From the NCBI GenBank assembly GCA_963751275.1, contig CAVVTZ010000009.1, positions 128,001 to 192,000 of the forward strand: a stretch of DNA of 64,000 nt. The letters run 5' to 3'. Positions within the stretch are counted from its first letter, which is position 1. Each line of letters opens with the position of its first letter. The notes below the pieces were generated by a model, which saw only the letters and a program-made list of their open reading frames with translations, did not search any database and was not told the DNA's origin. Positions 51,277 through 59,840 of this stretch are shown here, one piece after another. Origin of the DNA: an uncultured Gemmatimonadaceae bacterium. GTDB taxonomy: Bacteria; Gemmatimonadota; Gemmatimonadetes; Gemmatimonadales; Gemmatimonadaceae. A program made the translations under genes and the position numbers.

Positions 51277-52590
51277 ATGGCGGGCAGCCACGAACGCAGC
51301 GTCACCATCATCGCCGTCGCGACGAGCTTCCCCGCGCTCGCGCTCGGCCTGATCCTGCTGTGGACCGGCGACTTCGCGTCGCGCACGCAGTGGACGCTCA
51401 CGATCATCGTGCTGCTCACCTTCGGCGGCGGCCTCCTGGCGCTTCGCGAACGCGTCGTGCGCCCGCTGCAGACCTTGAGCAACATGCTCGCCGCCATCCG
51501 CGAGCAGGACTACTCGCTGCGCGCGCGGCGCGCGAACGCGGACGATGCACTCGGTCTCGCGATGCTCGAGCTGAACTCGCTCATGGCCGAACTGCGCTCG
51601 CGGCGCCTGGGCGCGCTGGAGGCCACCGCGCTGCTGCGTCGCGTGATGGAGGAAGTGGACGTCGCCGTGCTCGCGTTCGACGACGCGGGCGCGCTGCGGT
51701 TGGTGAACGCCGCCGGCGAGCGGATCCTCGAGCAACCGAGCGAGCGCTTGCTGGGGAAACGCGCCGAGGATCTCGGATTGACCGAAGCACTGTCCGGCGA
51801 CGCGCCGCGCGTGCTCGATCTCGCGCTGGGCGGGAAGCCCGGCCGCTGGGAAGTGCGGAAAGGCAATTTCCGCCAGGACGGCAAACCGCACACGTTCGTA
51901 TTATTGGCCGACGTGAGCCGCGCGCTGCGCGAGGAGGAACGCCTCGCGTGGCAGCGCCTCATCCGCGTGCTCGGCCACGAGATCAATAATTCCGTGACCC
52001 CGATCAATTCACTCGCGGAACGCCTGGGGCAACTGCTCGGCCGCTCGCCGCCGGAGGGAGAACTGCGCGAGGATCTGAAGAAGGGACTCGCGGTGATCTC
52101 GAGTCGCTCGCAGGGGTTGAGCCGATTCCTCGCGAGCTACACGAGACTCGCGAAGCTGCCGCCGCCGCGCCTCGCGCCGGTGAAGGTCGACGCCTGGGTG
52201 CAGCGCGTTGTGCGCCTCGAGACGCGCCTGCCCGTGGCGGTCGAAGCGGGTCCCTCGATGACCTTGAACGCCGACGGCGATCAGCTCGATCAGCTCTTGA
52301 TCAACTTGATCGCGAACGCCGTCGACGCCGCCCAAAGCACCGGCGGCGGCGTGCGCGTGCGCTGGACGCGCATCGACGGTCAATTCCAGCTGAGCGTGCT
52401 CGACGACGGCCCGGGCCTCCCGAAATCGGCGAATCTGTTCGTCCCATTCTTCACGACGAAACCGGGCGGCACGGGCATCGGCCTCGTCTTGTCGAGGCAG
52501 ATCGCGGAGGCGCATGGCGGCATCGTGACGCTCACAAACCGGCCGGACGCGAAGGGCTGTGAGGCGCGACTGACGCTACCGCTGAACTGA
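51277..52590 (+). CDS. Sensor histidine kinase (NtrY-like, PAS domain)
   Basis: Two TM helices, HEINNS, NLIANA, DDGPG, PFFTTK and GTGIGL. Confidence 0.94.
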   Translation: MAGSHERSVTIIAVATSFPALALGLILLWTGDFASRTQWTLTIIVLLTFGGGLLALRERVVRPLQTLSNMLAAIREQDYSLRARRANADDALGLAMLELNSLMAELRSRRLGALEATALLRRVMEEVDVAVLAFDDAGALRLVNAAGERILEQPSERLLGKRAEDLGLTEALSGDAPRVLDLALGGKPGRWEVRKGNFRQDGKPHTFVLLADVSRALREEERLAWQRLIRVLGHEINNSVTPINSLAERLGQLLGRSPPEGELREDLKKGLAVISSRSQGLSRFLASYTRLAKLPPPRLAPVKVDAWVQRVVRLETRLPVAVEAGPSMTLNADGDQLDQLLINLIANAVDAAQSTGGGVRVRWTRIDGQFQLSVLDDGPGLPKSANLFVPFFTTKPGGTGIGLVLSRQIAEAHGGIVTLTNRPDAKGCEARLTLPLN

Positions 52591-52602
52591 ACCGCTTGAG
52601 AA

Positions 52603-52710
52603 GGGGAAACGGGCAACGGGAGCGAGTAGGAACTGGGAGCCGCTTTCTGTGGACTGTCGACTGTAGACTGTCGACTGGTGTTGACTGGATCACTGTCTAC
52701 TGTTGACTGC
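52603..52710 (+). repeat. Dispersed ~110-bp repeat, copy 1: (GGGAAAC)n-spacer-(GACTGTN)n
   Basis: Aligns in direct orientation with 57925-58038, including GGGAGCGAGTAGGAAC, CCGCTTTCTGTG and ACTGTCTACTGTT. Confidence 0.88.
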
Positions 52711-52758
52711 AATTCTAAGCGAGCAGGTGATGGCTCGTAGTGCGTAGTTCCGCCGCCA

Positions 52759-52774
52759 CGGCACAGGGTATGCA
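52759..52774 (+). promoter_or_regulatory. Candidate sigma-54 promoter upstream of permeases 6 and 7
   Basis: CGGCACAGGGTATGCA, with GG and GC 12 nt apart. Confidence 0.5.
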
Positions 52775-52986
52775 CTAGAGAGAGCCATGCGCCTCCCCCC
52801 TCTCTCCGCCCTCGCCACCCTTCTCCACCTGTCCGCTTCCGGGATGCACCGTCCGCCAGCGAACAGCAACCTCCTGAAGCCAACCATCTACTCCCCCAGC
52901 CTGTCCAACCGGCGGCCGGAGCAGTCCCCGCGCGGCGAATCCTGTCTCGAATCGCACGAGCCCGACCCCGTCCACGAGGTGGCCCA

Positions 52987-55441
52987 GTGAACAATCTCCT
53001 GTTCGACCTGAAATACTCCCTCCGTCGCCTCGTAAAATCGCCCGTCTTCTCCGCCATCATCATCCTCACCCTCGCGCTCGGGATCGGCGCCAACACCGCG
53101 ATCTTCTCGGTCGTGAACACGGTGCTGCTGACGCCGGCGCCCTACCGTGAGCCCGATAAACTCGTCGAAGTCTTCCACTGGTACGAGAACCTCAAACTCC
53201 ACGCCGGCGTCTCCGCCCCGGGCTTCCATGCCTACCGCGATGAGACGCACGACTTCGACGCTGTTGCCGTCACCACCGGCTGGGGCGCGAACCTCACCGG
53301 CGTCGGCGATCCGCAGCGCATCACCGGCATCCGCGCCAGCGGCGACTTCTGGAAAGTGCTCGGCGTTCCCCCCGCCCTCGGCCGCGTCTTCGGGCGCGAT
53401 GAAGATGAAGTGGGCAAGGAACACGTCGTCGTCCTGAGCGATGGCATCTGGAAGCGCATCTTCGGCGGCGATCCCGCCATCGTCGGCAAGAACATTCTCG
53501 ATCAACGGCGAGGCGTTCACCGTCGTCGCCGTCATGCCCCCCGGCTTCGTCGATCCGTGGACCCGCAACGCCGAGGTCTGGCGTCCGCTCGCGCTGCCGT
53601 CCTCCACGTTCGTGCCCGCGAACTTCACGAATGAATTCATGAAGCTCATCGCACGCGTGAAGCCTGGTATCACAGTGGAACAGGCGAACCGCGACATGGG
53701 GGCCTTCGCCGCCGACTTGAGGAAGCGCTATCCCGACCAATTCGGCCCCGACTGGACGCTCAAGGCCACGACCTACGCGGAGGCGACCACCGGCAACGTG
53801 CGCACGCCGCTGCTCTGGCTGCTCGGCGCCGTGGGCGTCGTGCTCCTCATCGCGTGCGCCAACGTCGCGAACATGTTCCTCGCGCGCGCGGCCGGCCGCC
53901 AGCGTGAAGTGGCCGTGCGCACGGCGCTCGGCGCCGAGCGTTGGGCGCTGATCCGGCAGTTCCTGGTGGAGAGCGTGATGCTCTCGGTGGCGGGCGGCGC
54001 GCTCGGCCTGTTCGTGGCGGACAGCGCGCTGCGTGCGCTGGTGGCGCTGAATCCCGCGAGCATTCCGGGCGCGGCGATGCTGCACATGGATGGCACCGTA
54101 GTGATGTTCACGGCGCTCATCGCCGTGGCCACCGGCGTGATCTTCGGCCTCGCGCCGGCGCTGCACGCGTCGGCCGGCGATCTGCATTCATCGCTCAAGG
54201 AAGGGGGACGCACCGGCACCGCCGACAAGAAGGGGCAGCTCGTGCGCCGCTCGCTCGTGGTGTCGGAAATGGCGATGGCCGTCGTCCTGTGTTTCGGCGG
54301 CGGCCTGATGATCAAGAGCTTCGCCAAGCTCGCGAACGTGGACCCGGGCTTCGATCCGCACAACGTGCTCACCTTCACGATCTCGCTCCCCAAGACGCAG
54401 TACCCGAACGACACGGCGCAGCGCGCCTTCATGGCACGCGTGGTGCCGCGCATCGCCGAGGTGCCGGGCGTGCTCGCGTCGGGCATCACGTCGGTACTGC
54501 CGTTCAGCGGCGACTGGGCCACCGGGAGCTTCAACGTGGAAGGCTACACGCCGCCGCCCAAGCAGAATTCGCCGTGGGGCGACCTGCGCAACATCTCGCC
54601 GGGCTTCCTCATCGCGATGAAAGTGCCGCTGCTCGCCGGGCGCATGTTCGACGCGCGCGATACGCACGCGGCGCCGCAGGTGTGCATCGTGGACGACGAA
54701 TTCATCCACAAGTACTACGGCAAGGACGCGACGCCGGCCTCGGCGCTCGGGAAGCGGATCTTCTTCGAGAATCTGCCGGTCACCGACTCCACGCACTTCA
54801 TCACCATCGTCGGCGTCGTCGGCCACACCAAGCATGAGGGTCTCGATGCCGATCCGCGCGTGCAGGTCTATTTCCCGGTGGACCAGCAGAGCTTCAACTT
54901 CAATTTCATGTACGTGATCGCGCGCACCGCCGGCGACCCGATGCGCTCGGTGAACGCCGTGCGCAGCGCCGTGCTGGACGTGGACCACAACCTGCCGATC
55001 GCGCAGGTGAACAATCTCGAGCAGCTCGTGAACGACTCGATGGGGCGCCGGAAGATCGCGGCGGTGCTGCTGGGCGTCTTCTCGTCGCTCGCGCTGCTGC
55101 TCGCCTCGCTGGGCATCTACGGTGTGATGAGTTACGCGGTGGCGCAGCGCACGCGGGAGATCGGCGTGCGCGTGGCGCTCGGCGCGAGCCGCGCGCAGGT
55201 GCTGCAGCTGATCGTGGGGCAGGGCGCCGCGCTCGCGATCATCGGCGGCGTCGCCGGCATCGCCGGCGCGCTCACGGGCGCGTGGGTCCTGCGTTCGCAG
55301 TTGTACGCCGTGCAGTGGTGGGATCCGGGGACGCTGGTGTCCATCGTCGTCCTGCTCGCCGGCGCGGTCATCGTGGCGTCCGTCATTCCCGCGCTGCGCG
55401 CGGCGGGCATTCATCCGACTGAAGCGCTGCGAGAGGAATAG
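52987..55441 (+). CDS. ABC permease, ADOP family (6 of 7); frameshift near 53497
   Basis: ORF 52987 (DLKYSLRR, LGIGANTAIF) joins ORF 53441 (INGEAFTVV ... HPTEALREE). Confidence 0.9.
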
Positions 55442-57903
55442 TGGCGACCGACGAAATGGGAAGCGGGAAACGGGAAACGGGACTGCTCTCCCAGATCGCG
55501 CAGGACGTCGGCTTCGCACTGCGGTCGCTCAGGAAGTCGCCGGGGTTCGCAGTGATCGCCGTGGCGACGCTGGCGCTCGGGATCGGGGCGAACACGGCCA
55601 TCTTCTCCGTCGTGAATGGCATTCTGCTCCGGCCGCTGCCGTTCCAGGACCCGTCGCGCATCGTGATGGTGGCTGCGACGTATGATGGCCGCCGCGCGGC
55701 GCCGGCGTCGCCGGCGAACATCGTCGATTGGCAGAGTCAGAACCACTCGTTCACCTCCATCGCGATCGTCGGCGGGCACTCGGTGGTGCTCACGGGCAGC
55801 GGCGATCCCGAGCGGCTCCGCGGCTCGGACGTCAGCGCCGACTTCTTCACCGTGCTCGGCGTGAAGCCGGTGCTCGGCCGGCTCACCTTCACTCCCGACG
55901 AAGCGGCCTTCAATGGATCGAAGGCCGTGCTGCTCAACGAGGCGCTCTGGAAGACCCGCTTCGGCGGCGATCCCGCCCTCGTGGGCAAGCACATCATACT
56001 CGACAACGAGAGTTATCTCGTGGCGGGCATTGTGCCCGCGGAAGCGGCGTGGCCGGCGAACACGTCGCTCTGGATGCCGTTCACTTTCGATCCCGCGCGG
56101 CTCGCGCAGAGCCGCGGCGCGGTGTACCTCAACGCCATCGCACGGCTCAAGCCCGGCGTGACGCTCGAGGGCGCGGCCGCGGACATGAAGGCGGTCCAGC
56201 AGCGGCTCGACACCGATTACCCCGAAGCGAACACGGGCGTGGGCTCGAAAGTGCTCTCAATGCAGGAGGGGATCACCGGCGATCTGCGCCGTCCGCTCTT
56301 CGTGCTGCTCGGCGGCGTGGCCTTCGTGCTCCTCATCGCGTGCGCGAACGTCGCGAACCTGCTGCTGGTGCGTGGTGTCGCGCGCGAGGGCGAGATCGCG
56401 GTGCGCACCGCGCTCGGCGCGGGACGCGGCCGGCTCATGCGCCAGCTCGTGACCGAGAGCGTCGTGCTCTCGCTCATCGGCGGCGGGGCGGGGCTCCTGC
56501 TCGCGGTGTACGGCACACAGCTGCTCGTGAGCGTCGCGCCGGCGAGCATCCCGCGGCTCGATTCCATTCGCGTGGATGGCGTGGTGCTCGGCTTCACGCT
56601 GCTCGTCGCCGTCGCGACGGGCGTGGTCTTCGGGCTCGTTCCCTCGCGGCAGCTCACGCGCCCCGACGTCGCCAAGACGCTGCGCGAGGGCGGACGCAGC
56701 GGCGGGCGGGCCGGAACGCATCGCGCACGCAGCGCGCTCGTGATCGCCGAGGTGGCGCTGAGTGTGATGCTGCTCGTGGGCGCGGGATTGCTCATTCATA
56801 GCTTCCAGCGGCTGACGACCGTGGATCCCGGCTTCCGCACGGAGAACTCGATCGCCTTCAACCTCAGCCTGCCGCAGACCAGGTACGACACGCCCGAGAA
56901 GACCGATCTGATGCTCTCGCAGATCATGGAGCGTGTGCGGGCCATTCCGGGCGTCGCGCAATCCGGCGCGGCGTTCGGCCTGCCGCTCACGAATTTCATG
57001 TACGGCTTCTCCTTCGCGATCAGCGGACGGCCGCCGGCCAAGCAGGGCGAGGAGCCGGACGCGCAGGTGCGCATGGCGACGCCCGACTATTTCGCGACGA
57101 TGGGCATTCGCGTGCTCAAGGGGCGTGGTTTCACCGCTGAGGACCGCGCCGGCGCGCCGGGCGCGCTGCTCATCACCGAGACGGGGCAGCAGCGCTTCTT
57201 CCCGAACGAGGATCCGATCGGCAAGCACATCACGTTCGGCATGGGGCGGAAGGGGAAGAACATGGAAGGCGACATCGTGGGCGTCGTCGCCGACACCAAG
57301 CAGACCACCCTCGCGAACGCGACCCTGCCGCAATTCTGGATCCCGTATGCGCAGTGGCCGATGAACAGCGTCACCGTGGTGATGCACACCACGCGCGACC
57401 CGAACGCGGCGGTGGCCGATGCGCGCCGTCAGATCAAGGAGCTCGATCCCGATCTCGCGCTCTCGAGCATCAAGACGCTGGACCAGGTCGTATCCGAATC
57501 GGTGGCACAACCGCGATTCTACATGGTGCTGCTCGCGGTGTTCGCCGGCGTCGCGGTGCTGCTCTCCGCGATCGGGATCTATGGAGTGATCGCGTACCTG
57601 GTGGGCCAGCGTTCCCGCGAGATCGGCATCCGTCTCGCACTCGGCGCCAGCCAGGGCACCGTGATCCGCATGATCGCGCGCGACGGCGCGATCATGACCG
57701 CGGCGGGCATCGGCGTGGGGCTGCTTGGCGCCTTCGCGCTGACAAGATCCATGACGGCGCTCCTGTTCGACGTGAAGCCGTCGGACCCGCTCACCTATCT
57801 CGCCGTGACGGCCCTGCTCGCCGCCGTGGCGCTTGCCGCCAGCTGTATCCCAGCCCTGCGCGCGGCACATGTGGATCCAGCGCTCACGATGCGGGCGGAA
57901 TAA
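55441..57903 (+). CDS. ABC permease, ADOP family (7 of 7)
   Basis: Intact, with signature motifs. Start is GTG 55441 or ATG 55456. Confidence 0.94.
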   Translation: MATDEMGSGKRETGLLSQIAQDVGFALRSLRKSPGFAVIAVATLALGIGANTAIFSVVNGILLRPLPFQDPSRIVMVAATYDGRRAAPASPANIVDWQSQNHSFTSIAIVGGHSVVLTGSGDPERLRGSDVSADFFTVLGVKPVLGRLTFTPDEAAFNGSKAVLLNEALWKTRFGGDPALVGKHIILDNESYLVAGIVPAEAAWPANTSLWMPFTFDPARLAQSRGAVYLNAIARLKPGVTLEGAAADMKAVQQRLDTDYPEANTGVGSKVLSMQEGITGDLRRPLFVLLGGVAFVLLIACANVANLLLVRGVAREGEIAVRTALGAGRGRLMRQLVTESVVLSLIGGGAGLLLAVYGTQLLVSVAPASIPRLDSIRVDGVVLGFTLLVAVATGVVFGLVPSRQLTRPDVAKTLREGGRSGGRAGTHRARSALVIAEVALSVMLLVGAGLLIHSFQRLTTVDPGFRTENSIAFNLSLPQTRYDTPEKTDLMLSQIMERVRAIPGVAQSGAAFGLPLTNFMYGFSFAISGRPPAKQGEEPDAQVRMATPDYFATMGIRVLKGRGFTAEDRAGAPGALLITETGQQRFFPNEDPIGKHITFGMGRKGKNMEGDIVGVVADTKQTTLANATLPQFWIPYAQWPMNSVTVVMHTTRDPNAAVADARRQIKELDPDLALSSIKTLDQVVSESVAQPRFYMVLLAVFAGVAVLLSAIGIYGVIAYLVGQRSREIGIRLALGASQGTVIRMIARDGAIMTAAGIGVGLLGAFALTRSMTALLFDVKPSDPLTYLAVTALLAAVALAASCIPALRAAHVDPALTMRAE

Positions 57904-57924
57904 CCACTCGCACGACACTGCAGA

Positions 57925-58038
57925 GGGGAAACGGGAAACGGGAAACGGGAGCGAGTAGGAACGCGGAACCGCTTTCTGTGAGCTGTTGACTGATGACTGT
58001 AGACTGGCAGTCACTCGTGACTGTCTACTGTTAGCTGC
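57925..58038 (+). repeat. Dispersed ~110-bp repeat, copy 2
   Basis: Direct-orientation homologue of 52603-52710. Confidence 0.88.
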
Positions 58039-58148
58039 GAGGTGAATGAGCAGGTGGTCCGATCCGGCGGGGATCGGGCCCGCCATTCTTGCGGGCCCGT
58101 AAGTTAGCGCATAGCTCACAGCACCCCATTTCCGCCTCTGGAGCCCAC

Positions 58149-59702
58149 ATGCGCCGCGCGCTCGCACCTTTCGCAGCCGTTCTTCTCGTCTTGCCCTCCG
58201 CGATCCGTTCGCAAGACACCGCGCTCGCGACCCGCATCTCCGCCATCACCAATCGCCCCGAATTCCGCCACGCGCTATGGGGCATCAAGATCTACGACCT
58301 CGACAAGAAACAAACCCTCTACGAACAGAACGCCAACAAACTCTTCTTCCCCGCCTCCACCACGAAACTCCTCACCATCGGCACCGCCCTCGCCTTGCTC
58401 GGCCCGGACTTCCGCTTTCGCACGAATGTCTATGCCGTCGGCGGCTGGGCTCAGAACGGCACCCTGAATGGTGACATCATCATCGTCGCGAGCGGCGACC
58501 CGAATCTGAGCGGCCGCATCCGCCCCGACGGCACCCTCGCGTTCGAGAACGAAGACCACGCCTACGCGGGCAGCGACTCGATGGCCCGCGCCGTGCCCGG
58601 CGATCCGCTGCTCGTGATCAAGGAGCTGGCGAAGCAGGCTGCGTCCAAGGTGAAGACGCTGAACGGCCGAGTGCTCGTGGATGTCTCGATGTTCCCCGAG
58701 GGGCAGGCGGAAGCGGGGTCGGGCGTCGTGATGTCGCCGATCATGGTGAACGACAACATCATCGACATCACCATCACGCCGGCGAAGAGCGCGGGCGCGC
58801 CGATGACGTTAGTGGCCTCGCCCGTCACCGCGTACGCGACCTTCGTGAACAAGACCGTCACCGGCGCCGCGGGCTCGGCGAACACGATTACCTTGGCGAG
58901 CGACAGCGTGACGCCGGCGGGGAACCACATCGTGACCGTGACGGGCTCGCTGCCGGCGGGCGGTCCGATGATGCTCTTCCCGTACGACGTGCCGCTGCCC
59001 AGCCGCTTCGCGGCCGTGACCTTCACCGAGGCGCTCGTCGCGAACGGGGTGAAGGTGAACGCGCCGTCGGCGCCGGCCGCGGTGGATTGGACGAAGCTGG
59101 CAGCCGGCTACACGCCGGCGAACATCGTGGCGAACCATGTCTCGCCGCCGTACAGCGAAGAGGTGAAGGTGACGCTCAAGGTGAGCGACAATCTTCACGC
59201 CGCGGTGACGCCGTACATCCTTGGCGCCATGATCGGCAAGAAGGACACCGCGAAGACCGGCTTCGATCTGGAGCGTGAGTTCCTGACCAGGGGCGGGCTC
59301 GATCTCAGCGGCGCGCAGCAGTCCGACGGGCTGGGCGCCGACGATCATTTCACGCCGGACTTCATGGTGAGCTATCTGTCGTGGTACGCGTCGCTCCCGA
59401 CGTATCCGGTGCTGCTGGCGGCGCTGCCGGTGCTGGGGCGCGACGGCACGCTGTACAACATCCAGACCACGTCGCCGGCGGCGGGGCACGTGTTCGCGAA
59501 GACGGGGACGTTCGCGAGCTGGGACCCGCTCAACCGGGATCTACTGGTAACGGCGAAGGGATTGGCGGGATACATCACGACCGCGAAGGGCCGGCATTTG
59601 GCGTTCGCGGTGTACGTGAACAACGTGGCCGTGCCGACGGGTGACGACGTGACGAGGATCGTGGGGCAGGCGGTGGGAGCGGTAGCGGCGGCGGCATACT
59701 AA
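58149..59702 (+). CDS. dacB: D-alanyl-D-alanine carboxypeptidase/endopeptidase (PBP4, peptidase S13)
   Basis: Signal peptide; PASTTK, SGDP, SDN, DGLG, LPVLGRDGTL and KTGT. Confidence 0.92.
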   Translation: MRRALAPFAAVLLVLPSAIRSQDTALATRISAITNRPEFRHALWGIKIYDLDKKQTLYEQNANKLFFPASTTKLLTIGTALALLGPDFRFRTNVYAVGGWAQNGTLNGDIIIVASGDPNLSGRIRPDGTLAFENEDHAYAGSDSMARAVPGDPLLVIKELAKQAASKVKTLNGRVLVDVSMFPEGQAEAGSGVVMSPIMVNDNIIDITITPAKSAGAPMTLVASPVTAYATFVNKTVTGAAGSANTITLASDSVTPAGNHIVTVTGSLPAGGPMMLFPYDVPLPSRFAAVTFTEALVANGVKVNAPSAPAAVDWTKLAAGYTPANIVANHVSPPYSEEVKVTLKVSDNLHAAVTPYILGAMIGKKDTAKTGFDLEREFLTRGGLDLSGAQQSDGLGADDHFTPDFMVSYLSWYASLPTYPVLLAALPVLGRDGTLYNIQTTSPAAGHVFAKTGTFASWDPLNRDLLVTAKGLAGYITTAKGRHLAFAVYVNNVAVPTGDDVTRIVGQAVGAVAAAAY

Positions 59703-59707
59703 CTGCT

Positions 59708-59799
59708 AACTGCCGGGAACCGATTGCCGGGAGCCGATGTGGCATGACAAAATATTTTGTCACTCCTGATCGACTCCCGGCGATCGGCTCCCGGTAGTT
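59708..59799. repeat. Fold-back element with 14-nt-period stems and a central perfect palindrome TGACAAAATATTTTGTCA
   Basis: 59708-59738 versus 59769-59799: 31-bp inverted repeat with 4 mismatches. Palindrome 59745-59762 lies on the same axis. Confidence 0.88.
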
Positions 59800-59840
59800 G
59801 AGTTCTGAAACTTCGTTCCGCGCTGGAACGTAGAAACATT

